Shown: positions 37,462 to 47,843 of the stretch, piece after piece | Position numbering within the stretch: the stretch's first letter is position 1 | Layout of the letters: each line of letters begins with the position of its first letter | DNA from: Candidatus Nomurabacteria bacterium | Lineage (GTDB): Bacteria > Patescibacteriota > Minisyncoccia > Phycocordibacterales > UBA10002 | Length of the DNA: 64,000 bases | Assembly (NCBI GenBank): GCA_943349725.1 | Contig: CALQZP010000001.1 | Span: 5,401-69,400, forward strand | Direction of reading: 5' to 3' | The notes under the pieces: generated by a model | The model's input: the letters and a program-made list of their open reading frames with translations, nothing else | Told to the model about the DNA's origin: nothing | Database searches by the model: none | Program-made: the position numbers and the translations under genes

Positions 37462-40192
37462 CCGCGTCGGTAGTCTTCTCAAAAACCAAGTAAGAATTCT
37501 GCGACTTCTTGTCTCGAATATAACGGGTAAGAACATGCCGAGTGCCGTCTGCACTGCGCTCATTTAGAAGTGCGAGGTCAGTCTCTGTCACAGATTCTAA
37601 TGGAACTTTCTTACATATATACCCCGTTGCAGTTTCACATGTCCGCATAATTTCTTCAGATGCAAGATTTTTTGAAATGAATATGTCTTTTTTTGTGTCG
37701 TGTCGAGTAATGTACATCAGATGCGGTTCGTTGACTTGTTTGGTATGCGTTCCAATAAAACCTCGTTCGATATAGTTCGAAGCGACACTTTTATCCGCAA
37801 TACAATTTGCTTCTATCACCGAATCTCTTGCCTGTACATCCAAAGACTGTTGCATCAAAGCTTCGCCTAGGCCTGAACCGGCGTATTTCGGGTTCATGTT
37901 GAAGGCGCCGAAGTAAATCCTGTCTTGAGGAGACATACCAAGCCGGTAAAACCCTTCGATTTCACCTTTGTATCGAAGTACGTAAAACCGATTGGTTGGC
38001 TCTTTCAAAACCCGTTCAAAACTCTCAAGCAACATTTTTTGAAACTCGGGATATGCCGAGTAATTAATTCGATAAAATTCCTTCATTCTTTCTTTATCCA
38101 CTTCAGAAAAAGACTCGGGGGAAATACCTTGAGTAAATTCGACATCCTTTATCTCGGCGAGGTTTAATTGTTCTCCCGTTTTTGCTAACTCTTTGAACGT
38201 AGCGGCAAAAAGTGCGGCATCACCGCGAAGAAGAGAGAGTTCCTGTTCCAAATCCTCAACCGCTCGATCATACTTCCCTTCTTTTGCTGATTTAACTTTT
38301 GTCGCAAACAAAACGAGCAATTCCCTCCCTTTCCTCAACAAATTTTCCCGAACATCTACCACCATCTCCGGTGACCGTGTGCCCGCAAGCTGTCCTGTAT
38401 AACTTTCGGCTTGTTCGGCCGCGTCCACCAGCTCACCATACTTTTCGAATAATCGAGAGGCCTCCGCCTTAGGTAATTTCTCGCCGAGTGCAACAATATC
38501 ATCTCCGAGTTCGCGACCGTATTCGAGGGAAAGAAATGTGCGAAAACCATTTTCTCCATATTTTGCGACAAAGTCTTGTACTTTTTTAATTTCGCCCTCT
38601 TTTTTTGCTTTTATATAATTTAAAAATTGAAACTGCTCACTGGCTGGGAGTCTTTGGATCGGGTACGAAAAAAGCTTCTCGATTTTATTCCTCATCGCTG
38701 GTGTCAACAAATATCTGTAATCAAGAAAAATTTGTTTTCCCTCTTCTTCATTCCCAAGAGAACCTTTCATTGTAGGCCCGTGGGGGTCCATTTTATGGAG
38801 TTCGTATTGGGTAATTATTGGAAGAAAACTTCTTCTTTCATCGCGCACTGAAGAAATCTCACTTTCGAGATTTTCTATATGTTCGGAAATCTCATCAATT
38901 TGATCAACGAGTTCTTTTCGCGTCTTTTTTGACACATCCTCCCTTTTTTTAAAATATTTTTCAAAGTCGTTTAGTGCCCGGTCTTGCAAAATTTTACTTG
39001 TTATTGCTTTTGTTTCCTCAACCGCGCGTTCTTTGTCAGATGCCACAGTACTACCCTCTCCGTAATCCTCGTCTTCTAAGACGTGGAATATAAAATCGCT
39101 TTCTTCAGCTATTTTATTCCTTTGACGAATTAAACTTTTCAACTTCTCTTCACACTTTTCCAATCTTTCAAGTGCTTCAATGTCACCTTCTTTTAAGGAA
39201 TCTGAAACATAAAGACCGTCACTTTTTAATACAGCAATCTTATTCCTCTCGTATTTAAAAAATCTTTCGTTATTTATTAAAGAATCCTTCATACGGCTAC
39301 GGGAAAGAATTTCACCTTGCACCAACTCCAACTGGAGACCCGAGTCATCCTCATTGTTGATAATGTCTTCCGCGCGCATTTTCAATAACATTCCCGAATC
39401 CCCCGTAACTTTCTTTTTTAACACATCTCTAAGCGTTAGAAAAAAAAGATGGTCGGCGCCTCTATCCATCACGGCTTTTATAAACTCCAAAAAAGCGGCT
39501 GTTTGGGCATACTGGCGTTCGTCCTCAAAATTAAGTGCTTCATCAAACTCTTTCTCTATCTCCCACAACAAACTCTCGCCCATATAAGATTCTTCTCCAG
39601 CTGTAAAATCAGAAAAATCTGATGCATCCTCAAATATTGGGTCGTGAAAAGGTCCAGAGAACTCCTTGTTTTTTTTAATTCTCTTATTCGCCTCTTCTGC
39701 ATATTCCCACTCTCTATGAAAGACGTAATACAGAATTCCGTCATCAGCGTCACGAGAAGCAAATTCCCATGCTAAATGCTTATAGGCTTTTATCAATTCG
39801 GGCATACCAGCTGGTCGCGGGACAAGAAGAGCTATTACCTCTTTCTTAACTGCAAGAGGGGGACTTTTTTGTTCTTCCAAACCCTTAATCATTAAGAGTA
39901 AGGCTTTTTTGTGCTCTACTTCGTAGGGTGAATTTACCACCTTCACTTTCTCGGCAAACATTTCATCGTCTTCACAAATTACTAAGTTTTCTGCATATTT
40001 AAGAATATCCTGCTCCACATCAGGAGTAATACGGAATCCACCTTCGTGATACATCTCCCTTTCAGCCTCAATCTTTTCTTGTTTCCACTGCTTCGATAGA
40101 GCTATGGCGACCGTTACAGCATCGGCTTTTTCTTTTACTTTTGTATCCTGTTGGTTGGGAACATCCGGAGTTGGTGTAAACATTTCAGACAT
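37406..40192 (-). CDS. large coiled-coil protein with C-terminal GNAT-like domain
   Basis: FGAFNMNPKYAGSGLGEALM acetyl-CoA-binding-like motif; leaderless start after TATAAT. Confidence 0.7.
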   Translation of the reverse strand: MSEMFTPTPDVPNQQDTKVKEKADAVTVAIALSKQWKQEKIEAEREMYHEGGFRITPDVEQDILKYAENLVICEDDEMFAEKVKVVNSPYEVEHKKALLLMIKGLEEQKSPPLAVKKEVIALLVPRPAGMPELIKAYKHLAWEFASRDADDGILYYVFHREWEYAEEANKRIKKNKEFSGPFHDPIFEDASDFSDFTAGEESYMGESLLWEIEKEFDEALNFEDERQYAQTAAFLEFIKAVMDRGADHLFFLTLRDVLKKKVTGDSGMLLKMRAEDIINNEDDSGLQLELVQGEILSRSRMKDSLINNERFFKYERNKIAVLKSDGLYVSDSLKEGDIEALERLEKCEEKLKSLIRQRNKIAEESDFIFHVLEDEDYGEGSTVASDKERAVEETKAITSKILQDRALNDFEKYFKKREDVSKKTRKELVDQIDEISEHIENLESEISSVRDERRSFLPIITQYELHKMDPHGPTMKGSLGNEEEGKQIFLDYRYLLTPAMRNKIEKLFSYPIQRLPASEQFQFLNYIKAKKEGEIKKVQDFVAKYGENGFRTFLSLEYGRELGDDIVALGEKLPKAEASRLFEKYGELVDAAEQAESYTGQLAGTRSPEMVVDVRENLLRKGRELLVLFATKVKSAKEGKYDRAVEDLEQELSLLRGDAALFAATFKELAKTGEQLNLAEIKDVEFTQGISPESFSEVDKERMKEFYRINYSAYPEFQKMLLESFERVLKEPTNRFYVLRYKGEIEGFYRLGMSPQDRIYFGAFNMNPKYAGSGLGEALMQQSLDVQARDSVIEANCIADKSVASNYIERGFIGTHTKQVNEPHLMYITRHDTKKDIFISKNLASEEIMRTCETATGYICKKVPLESVTETDLALLNERSADGTRHVLTRYIRDKKSQNSYLVFEKTTDAAIEEFSRPQKPLLLGVRD

Positions 40193-40375
40193 GACACCAT
40201 TATAGGCGAGTGGAGGGGAAAGAAAAGGATGCGGAATGCGTCTTGTTTTGTCGCCATATGCATAATGGCGACCACGGTAACCGACTTTTGAGCTATCCAC
40301 TACTGTTTCGGTAACCTTTTTAATGAGCTACAACGAAATTTTGAGTGTGCCAGAAAAATGTGCTAGTATACCAGT

Positions 40376-40582
40376 ATGAACCTGACACTCACCATAACAC
40401 CGAAAACGGTGCGGGGGTCTAAAAAGTTCGTCGTAGAAATGGACGCTGACAAGCTGGAGCGCATGGCGGCGGCTTTTGGCATGTTTAACCCGGATTTTCT
40501 TGCGAGCATTGAGCGTGCGGAGGAAGATTACCGCAATGGCCGCGTCTATGATGTTGAATCGCTCGAAGAACTCCGCAAATAA
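40376..40582 (+). CDS. putative antitoxin
   Basis: DFLASIERAEEDYRNGRV..SLEEL directly upstream of a RelE-like gene. Confidence 0.72.
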   Translation: MNLTLTITPKTVRGSKKFVVEMDADKLERMAAAFGMFNPDFLASIERAEEDYRNGRVYDVESLEELRK

Positions 40583-40596
40583 TCACTCAACCGAAT

Positions 40597-40866
40597 ATGC
40601 GTATTCGCTTTACGGAAGAGTTCAAACAGCGGTATAACCAATTGCCGCGCATTCTCCAAAAGAAAGCTGACAAGCAACAGCGTCTTTTTCGAAGTAATCC
40701 GTTTCACCCATCTCTGAACACAGAGAAGCTCGCGCCAAAAAGCAGAGAGGTGTGGACTTTTCGCGTTGACCGTAAATATCGTATCGCTTTTAGGTTTATA
40801 GACGGAGACACTATTCTTGCACTTACGGTCGGTCCGCATGACTGGATTTACAAAATCTTTAGATGA
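40597..40866 (+). CDS. RelE/ParE family toxin
   Basis: FTEEFKQRY..NPFHPSL..WTFRVDRKYRIAF..VGPHD. Confidence 0.85.
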   Translation: MRIRFTEEFKQRYNQLPRILQKKADKQQRLFRSNPFHPSLNTEKLAPKSREVWTFRVDRKYRIAFRFIDGDTILALTVGPHDWIYKIFR

Positions 40867-40869
40867 GCT

Positions 40870-41436
40870 ATGAGTGGGCACAATAAGTGGTCGCAGATAA
40901 AACTCAAAAAAGGTAAGACTGACGCGAAAAAGAGCCAGGTGTTTTCAAAGTATGCAAAACTGATTGCGAATGAGGCGCGGGAGGCGAAAGGAAACCGCGA
41001 AGCGCCGGCGCTTCGGACGGCGATTGATCGTGCCCGCAAAGAAAATATGCCCAGCGAGAACATTGAACGCGCCATCAAGAAGGCCACCGAGGGCGGAGGC
41101 GCACTAGAGGCGATTATGTACGAAGGATACGGCCCTGGGGGCGTCGCCCTTCTTATTGAAGTTCTTACCGACAGCAAAAACCGCTCGGCGGGTGAGATAA
41201 AGCACCTCCTCGCTGAAAACGGAGGGAATCTCGCCTCCCCAGGAGCTGCGGTTTGGTCGTTTGAGAAGCTCGACACTAATACACGAATGAGCGCGAATGA
41301 CACGAATAACGCTGAGCGTTGGAGAGCGACGACGACGGTTCCGCTTGAGAATGCCGATATTGAAAAGCTGGAAAAATTGGTTGAGGCGCTAGAGGGAAAC
41401 GAGGATGTGCAGGAAGTGGTCACCAATGCTGAGTAG
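40870..41436 (+). CDS. yebC: YebC/PmpR family protein (short form)
   Basis: MSGHNKWSQIK, YEGYGPGG, EDVQEV. Confidence 0.93.
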   Translation: MSGHNKWSQIKLKKGKTDAKKSQVFSKYAKLIANEAREAKGNREAPALRTAIDRARKENMPSENIERAIKKATEGGGALEAIMYEGYGPGGVALLIEVLTDSKNRSAGEIKHLLAENGGNLASPGAAVWSFEKLDTNTRMSANDTNNAERWRATTTVPLENADIEKLEKLVEALEGNEDVQEVVTNAE

Positions 41437-41558
41437 CCCCTTAGCTATCTTTCTAAACCTTTTGTAATTCTAAAGAAAACAACGAGCCAGATATCGTATA
41501 ATAAGGCTAAAAATATAGGTATCCTTATGTAATTGGGAATTACTCTTGCTTGAGAAAC

Positions 41559-43022
41559 ATGTATATGGAAAAACAAAAACAATGGGAGCCTCGTGCGCTA
41601 GAATTGCTTAAAAGGAGTCTCGAGCCCCTCCCACAAGAACTTAATGAGATAGACTGGAAGGTTAACTTTTCTGAGAAAGGAAACCGCCCAGCAAAGCATC
41701 TCTCAGCCCTTGCCAATTATTCAGAAGGGGGATTTCTAGTCTTTGGCGTTAGCGACGAAGGGAAAAAGAGGGGTATCGACACAAAGTCATGTAGGGATAT
41801 CGTACAAAAGATAGGAAACCTTGCGAGAGAAGGCCTTGAGCCACCTATAGTTGTTGACACTTCAGTAGTTGAGGTAGGAAAGTCTAATCTTTTGTTTGTC
41901 TTTATAAAAGAATCGGAAACTAAACCTGTACACTTGAGAGGAAACTCTATTTATGAATCCTATACTCGTTCTGCAGGACAAACCAGGAAATTAACAAAAC
42001 AGGAAGTGGCTCGGATGATTTCAAGTTCAACAGGTTTAACATTTGAAACAAAACTTGCTTCAGGTTCCTTGCTAAAAGAAGAGGTGGTAGCAAAACTCGA
42101 CTTTTCTATCTACTTTGACCTGCTGAAGAAACCTTTACCTTCGTCTACAGATTCAATCATTGAAATCCTTTTGGCCGATAAACTAATAAAAAGAGCGAGT
42201 GATGGCTTTTACATAACAAATCTGGGTGCCATTCTTCTTGCGAAAGAACTCGACGACTTTGAAGAATTGAAGAGAAGATCTATCCGACTTATACAGTATC
42301 GGGGAAAAGATAGGCTGGAGAGATTAAAGGAAATAACAGGACATAAAGGTTATGCCGCAGGTTTCGTCAGTCTTATAAATTACATAAATGCACTACTTCC
42401 ATCAAATGAGTTTATAAAAGAATCTCTAAGAAATGAGGTTAAGCTGTATCCTAATCTGTCTCTTCGAGAATTAATTGCAAATGCTCTTATCCACCAAGAT
42501 TTTGAAATTGTAGGTTCGAGCCCTGTAGTTGAAATCTTCGAAGACAGAATTGAGGTTAGAAACCCAGGAAGACCGCTTGTAAGAACTGAACGTTTCTTAG
42601 ATCATCCCCCTCGTTCAAGAAATGAACAACTTGCGTCATTAATGAGACGCTTTGGGATGTGCGAGGAATCCGGAACGGGGATTGATAAGATAGTTTCTCA
42701 GTGTGAAGTGTACCAGCTCCCGGCCCCTAATTTTGTGGTTGAAGATGACCACCTAATTGCAACTCTGTATGCTCCGAGAACATTAACAAAAATGGACCGA
42801 GCCGATAGAATACGGGCGTGTTATTTGCATGCTTGTTTAAGATACGTTTCAAAGGAAGTAGTTACAAACGCTAGTATTCGAACTCGATTTAAGATATCTA
42901 AAACAAACTATCCGCTTGCTTCAAAAATATTATCTGAAACTCTAGAGGCCAAGCTAATAAAACAACGTGATCCCTCAAATAAATCTCGTAAACACGCACA
43001 ATATGTTCCTCATTGGGCGTAA
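41559..43022 (+). CDS. AlbA_2 DNA-binding + HATPase_c_4 (RecG-C-like) protein
   Basis: SALANYSEGGFLVFGVSD, RELIANALIHQD, RNPG, EESGTGI; AT-rich. Confidence 0.85.
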   Translation: MYMEKQKQWEPRALELLKRSLEPLPQELNEIDWKVNFSEKGNRPAKHLSALANYSEGGFLVFGVSDEGKKRGIDTKSCRDIVQKIGNLAREGLEPPIVVDTSVVEVGKSNLLFVFIKESETKPVHLRGNSIYESYTRSAGQTRKLTKQEVARMISSSTGLTFETKLASGSLLKEEVVAKLDFSIYFDLLKKPLPSSTDSIIEILLADKLIKRASDGFYITNLGAILLAKELDDFEELKRRSIRLIQYRGKDRLERLKEITGHKGYAAGFVSLINYINALLPSNEFIKESLRNEVKLYPNLSLRELIANALIHQDFEIVGSSPVVEIFEDRIEVRNPGRPLVRTERFLDHPPRSRNEQLASLMRRFGMCEESGTGIDKIVSQCEVYQLPAPNFVVEDDHLIATLYAPRTLTKMDRADRIRACYLHACLRYVSKEVVTNASIRTRFKISKTNYPLASKILSETLEAKLIKQRDPSNKSRKHAQYVPHWA

Positions 43023-43072
43023 CATTCAATATAAAACAACTAAATTATAAAAAATACTTTAAGAACTAGCGT

Positions 43073-43615
43073 ATGCGCATTATTGCTATTGACCCTGGAT
43101 ACGAGCGTCTTGGTATCGCCGTGGTTGAGAAACTTCCACGGCAGAAGGAGATGCTTTTGTATTCCACTTGTATACGTACACCAAAAACGCTTCCCCACTC
43201 GGCACGCCTTTTGAAAATTGCGGGCAAGGTGCGAGAAGTGATTAGAGAGTACGAGCCGGAGGGATTTGCCATTGAAACACTGTTCTTCGCCACCAACCAC
43301 AAAACCGTGATGCCTGTTGCCGAGGCGCGTGGTGCGGTGCTTGTGGAGGCGGCAAGGGCAGGACTTCCCGTCTACGAATACACACCCCTTCAGATAAAGA
43401 TGGCGGTTACCGGCTACGGCAAAAGCGACAAAACCCAGGTCACCGAAATGGTGAAGAAGCTTATTGCAATGCCTTCAGAAAAATCCCTCCCCCTCGAAGA
43501 CTCGGGTACTCCCTTTACAAAAGGGAGAATACGCCTGGACGATGAGTATGACGCAATTGCGGTGGGACTGACCTGCCTGGCATCACAGAAATGGAACAGG
43601 GACCATGAAATATGA
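43073..43615 (+). CDS. ruvC: crossover junction endodeoxyribonuclease RuvC
   Basis: IAIDPG, IETLFF, YTPLQIK..GYGKSDK, DDEYDAIAV. Confidence 0.95.
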   Translation: MRIIAIDPGYERLGIAVVEKLPRQKEMLLYSTCIRTPKTLPHSARLLKIAGKVREVIREYEPEGFAIETLFFATNHKTVMPVAEARGAVLVEAARAGLPVYEYTPLQIKMAVTGYGKSDKTQVTEMVKKLIAMPSEKSLPLEDSGTPFTKGRIRLDDEYDAIAVGLTCLASQKWNRDHEI

Positions 43616-43731
43616 ACTACTGGCTCCCCGCCTCCGCGGGGATGACACCGCTGTCCACAGGCGGTGTCACTTGCAAAAATCTGATGGTATTGATACATTC
43701 GGAGCGTTAACAATTAGAATTCGTACAACGT

Positions 43732-43845
43732 ATGGAAGAAGATGTCGTAAATCCGGTCCCTCCCGTAGAAGGAGAAGAGGGGGATGACAAAGAAGTTGAC
43801 CCCGATATGCTTGAGGACACGTTTGATGATGTGGACCCGCTCTAA
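43732..43845 (+). CDS. 37-aa highly acidic small protein (below ORF-track cutoff)
   Basis: MEEDVVNPVPPVEGEEGDDKEVDPDMLEDTFDDVDPL; promoter-like TTGCAA-17-TACATT upstream, hairpin 43880-43910 downstream. Confidence 0.6.
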   Translation: MEEDVVNPVPPVEGEEGDDKEVDPDMLEDTFDDVDPL

Positions 43846-43909
43846 CTCTCCGTTGCTAAGGTTACGGAAAGACGAGCGTACCAAAACCACCCTCTCGGGT
43901 GGTTTTTGG

Positions 43910-45124
43910 TTACTTGATTTCAATAAATCGGTGCTTGCCGATACGGTACTTTCCTGGAGGAGCCGACTTAAGAAAATCTTCACCTACTTTGGTGTCGGTA
44001 TCAAGATTGGTGACCGCTCCTTCTCCGATAAGCCGGCGGAGGTCTGTTTTTGAGGAAATAATACCTTTTTCAATAAGTACCTCCGCGGTTTCCCTACCCG
44101 ACAGCGAAATAGATACAAACTCTTGTGGCTTCCCTTCCGAAAACGTGGCGTCAAAATCTTTTCTCGCCTGCACCGCTTTTTCCTTGCCGTGAATGAGTGC
44201 GGTAATTTCTTCGGCAAGCTGTAGTTTCAGGTTCTTAGGATTCTCACCTCGTTCAAGAGCGGACTTAACCGTTTCTATTTCGGACTGTGCGACGCGGGTA
44301 CAGAGTTCAAACCCAAGCAGTATCTGTCCGTCAGGCCAGCTCATCACCTTCCCGAAGACGTCGGTAGGGGTGTCGGACAGCGCCACCATATTTCCCTCTG
44401 TCTTCCCCATCTTCTTTCCGCTGGGGTCTGCGAGAAGTTTCATCGCGACGACAAACTTCTCACGCTTTTGCAAAGACTTAACGAGGTCGCGCCCGACGAG
44501 CATATTGAACGTCTGGTCATTGCCTCCGACTTCGCCATCAACCTCCATAGCAACCGAATCGTATCCCTGCAGTATCGGGTACATAAGCTCATTCATATAT
44601 AAGTCTTTTCCCTCTTCAATCCGTTTTTGAAACATATCCCTTTTTACGATTTGGGAGTGAGTAACATGAGAAAGTATCTTTATTACATCCGTCAAAGAAA
44701 GCTTCCCAAGCCAAGAGGCGTTATAAAGAAGTTTTGCGGGGTTTGACCCACTAAAATTGAGAACCTTCGACACCTGATCCTTGTACCACCTCGCGTTCTT
44801 CAAAACTTGCTCGTGAGTTAGCGGTACTCGTGCCGTCATCTTATCGGGGTCACCAATGGTCGCCGTAAAATCACCAATAAGAAGAACAACTTCATGTCCG
44901 AGTTCTTGAAATTGACGGAGCTTGAGAAGTGGAATCATATGTCCGATGTGGAGCGTCGGTCCCGTCGGGTCTATCCCGAGAAAGAACTTAAGGCGCTTCC
45001 CGCCCACAAGTGCTTTCTCAAGAAACTCTTCATTGGGAAATACACGTTCCACTCCGCGGGTAAGAAATTCGCGGATTTTGGCAGGGTCGTTACTCACTAT
45101 CTGGTTTTTCCTGAAAAATGACAT
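43910..45124 (-). CDS. tyrS: tyrosine--tRNA ligase
   Basis: GIDPTGPTLHIGH, YPILQGYD, GGNDQ, KMGKT. Confidence 0.96.
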   Translation of the reverse strand: MSFFRKNQIVSNDPAKIREFLTRGVERVFPNEEFLEKALVGGKRLKFFLGIDPTGPTLHIGHMIPLLKLRQFQELGHEVVLLIGDFTATIGDPDKMTARVPLTHEQVLKNARWYKDQVSKVLNFSGSNPAKLLYNASWLGKLSLTDVIKILSHVTHSQIVKRDMFQKRIEEGKDLYMNELMYPILQGYDSVAMEVDGEVGGNDQTFNMLVGRDLVKSLQKREKFVVAMKLLADPSGKKMGKTEGNMVALSDTPTDVFGKVMSWPDGQILLGFELCTRVAQSEIETVKSALERGENPKNLKLQLAEEITALIHGKEKAVQARKDFDATFSEGKPQEFVSISLSGRETAEVLIEKGIISSKTDLRRLIGEGAVTNLDTDTKVGEDFLKSAPPGKYRIGKHRFIEIK

Positions 45125-45256
45125 AGCCTAACGGTACCACACCTTACGTGAATAATGAATTAAGAATTCAGAATTAAGGGAAAGAAATTAAACTGGCCTC
45201 TTCCTTACTTCATAATTCATACTTCATAATTCTTTCTCTTGTGTTACTATCTTCCC

Positions 45257-47776
45257 ATGTCGCGCCTCAAGAAACACCGACATCTCATTAGAAACCTCCT
45301 TCTCCTTGGCCTTTCGGTTGGTCTTTTTACCACGGGGGTGCTCACCCTCTGGGTATCTTCCTGGAAGCTTCCCGACCTTGCGGAGTTTGATAATCGAAAA
45401 GTGAGTGAGTCCACAAAAATATACGACCGTACCGGGGAAATTGTCCTGTATGACCTTCACAAAGGAGCCCAGCGCACTATTGTCCCCTACAACGAAATAT
45501 CGCTCAATGTTAAAAACGCGACGGTCGCTATTGAGGACAGTGAGTTTTGGCAACACAACGGCATCCGAGTTAAAGCGATTGTGCGCGCCGTATTCTCAAA
45601 CCTCTTTGCAGGGAACCTCCTCGGAGGACAGGGTGGCTCCACGATCACACAGCAAGTTGTCAAAAACTCGCTCCTAACCAACGAAAAAAAGATTTCTAGA
45701 AAACTCAAAGAGTGGGTACTTGCAATTCGTCTTGAAAAGACGATGAACAAAGAGACGATTCTCTCACTCTATCTCAATGAGATTCCCTATGGAGGAACTC
45801 TTTACGGTATTGAGGAGGCATCGCAGGCTTTCTTGGGTAAAAGCTCACACGACCTTTCTATTGCCGAGGCGGCTTATATGTCGGCTCTTCCTAATGCTCC
45901 GACGTATTATTCACCGTACGGCAACCACAGAGACAAGCTTGAAGAACGCAAGAACGTGGTGCTCCGTAGAATGGAAGAAGTAGGCTTTATCACAAAAGCA
46001 GAGCACGAAAAGGCGAAAAAAGAAGTGGTCACTTTTAAACCAAATACTGAAACAGGTATCCTTGCTCCTCATTTTGTTATCTATATTCGGCAGTACCTTG
46101 AAGAAAAGTACGGCCGTGAGGCCCTTGAGGAACAAGGGCTCAAGGTGATTACCACGCTTGACTACGACCTACAAAGAGTAGCAGAGGAGATTGTAAAGAA
46201 ATACGCGCTGGAGAACAAGAAAAAGTTTGACGCGGAAAACGCTTCGCTTTCCGCGATTGACCCAAAAACTGGACAGATTCTGGTTATGGTGGGTTCTCGT
46301 GATTATTTTGACAAAGAGATTGAGGGAAATTTTAACGCGACCATTGCCTATCGCCAGCCGGGTTCGTCTTTTAAACCGTTCGTCTACGCGGCGGCCATTG
46401 CGAAGGGATACACCCCAGAAACGGTGGTGTTTGACCTCCCCACCGAGTTTTCCACCGAGTGCAACCCCGACGGCCTCCCGAAGGTTCCCGAAAATGCCGA
46501 CAAGTGCTACAAGCCGGGAAACTATGACGACAAATACCGCGGGCCGATGACCTTCCGCACGGCCTTGGCCCAATCGGTGAATGTACCTGCCATTCAGGTC
46601 CTCTACCTTGCGGGAATCAAAGAATCTTTGCGTCTTGCCAAAGATATGGGACTCACCACACTCAAAGACCCTGACCGCTATGGACTTACCCTGGTGCTCG
46701 GTGGTGGCGAGGTAAAGCTTCTTGAGCTCACCGGGGCTTATGCGACCTTTGCCACAGAGGGTGTTCGTCGAGAGCCGAAGGGTATCCTTCGCATTGAGGA
46801 CAAAAACGGCAATGTACTCGAAGAATGGCGCGATGAGCCCGAGCAGATTTTGAATAGAGAAACAGCGCTTACCATAAGCGACATGCTTTCGGACAATACG
46901 GCGAGGACTCCCGCCTTTGGCGCAATCTCCCCGCTCTATTTCCCAGGGCGAGATGTCGCCGTGAAAACGGGAACCACCAATGATTTCCGTGACGCATGGA
47001 TCGTTGGCTATACTCCCAACCTGTCGGTTGGAGCATGGGCTGGCAACAATGACAACCGCCCGATGAACAAAGTGGCTGCCTACATCGTCGCCCCCTTATG
47101 GAATGCGTTTATGCAGGAGGCACTCAAACGCTTTCCTGTGGAATCATTTGAAAAACCTGCCGAAACCGACACTTCTTCTCTCCCGCCCATACTCCGCGGT
47201 ATCTGGCAGGGAAATAAGACCTACTTCATAGACAAACTCTCGGGAAAGCGAGCGACCGAATTCACTCCGTTAGAGTTTAGGGAAGAGAAAGCGATTAGAG
47301 AGGTGCATTCTTTGCTCTACTCCGTTGATAAAAATAATCCGACTGTTCCTCGGGTGACGGCACCACAGACTGACTCCCAATATGAGTACTGGGAATACGC
47401 GGTTCGTAAGTGGGCGGGAGAACAAGGCCTTACCGACGAAACCGAAGACTCCGTCTCCAATGCGACCGATGACATTCACCGACCGGAATTTTCTCCCGTT
47501 ATTCTGGTAACCAATCCCGTAGCGGGCTCGGTTCTTTCCGAAAAGGAAACGCTGGTTCTTCGCGCGACCATTACCGCGCGTTTCCCGATAGCGCAGGTAC
47601 ACTTCTTCATCAATAACTCTTTTATGGGGTCAAGCAAAAAAGCCCCGTGGCAGATTTCACTCTCACCTTCAGATCTTGAATCGATACTCTCCTCAGAAAA
47701 CGACCTCTCGGTCGTGGCGTATGATGTGTTTCAAAACAAAGGACAGGTTTCGATCACCTTCAGTACAACCGACTGA
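45257..47776 (+). CDS. class A penicillin-binding protein with C-terminal Ig-like domain
   Basis: EDSEF, GGSTITQQ, RKLKE; SSFK, SVN, KTG. Confidence 0.93.
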   Translation: MSRLKKHRHLIRNLLLLGLSVGLFTTGVLTLWVSSWKLPDLAEFDNRKVSESTKIYDRTGEIVLYDLHKGAQRTIVPYNEISLNVKNATVAIEDSEFWQHNGIRVKAIVRAVFSNLFAGNLLGGQGGSTITQQVVKNSLLTNEKKISRKLKEWVLAIRLEKTMNKETILSLYLNEIPYGGTLYGIEEASQAFLGKSSHDLSIAEAAYMSALPNAPTYYSPYGNHRDKLEERKNVVLRRMEEVGFITKAEHEKAKKEVVTFKPNTETGILAPHFVIYIRQYLEEKYGREALEEQGLKVITTLDYDLQRVAEEIVKKYALENKKKFDAENASLSAIDPKTGQILVMVGSRDYFDKEIEGNFNATIAYRQPGSSFKPFVYAAAIAKGYTPETVVFDLPTEFSTECNPDGLPKVPENADKCYKPGNYDDKYRGPMTFRTALAQSVNVPAIQVLYLAGIKESLRLAKDMGLTTLKDPDRYGLTLVLGGGEVKLLELTGAYATFATEGVRREPKGILRIEDKNGNVLEEWRDEPEQILNRETALTISDMLSDNTARTPAFGAISPLYFPGRDVAVKTGTTNDFRDAWIVGYTPNLSVGAWAGNNDNRPMNKVAAYIVAPLWNAFMQEALKRFPVESFEKPAETDTSSLPPILRGIWQGNKTYFIDKLSGKRATEFTPLEFREEKAIREVHSLLYSVDKNNPTVPRVTAPQTDSQYEYWEYAVRKWAGEQGLTDETEDSVSNATDDIHRPEFSPVILVTNPVAGSVLSEKETLVLRATITARFPIAQVHFFINNSFMGSSKKAPWQISLSPSDLESILSSENDLSVVAYDVFQNKGQVSITFSTTD

Positions 47777-47843
47777 ATGAGAAGCTGGACCCCGTATCCA
47801 AGGTACGGGGCGCGAAGGATATAGTCGCTTTGCTCCTTATCCT

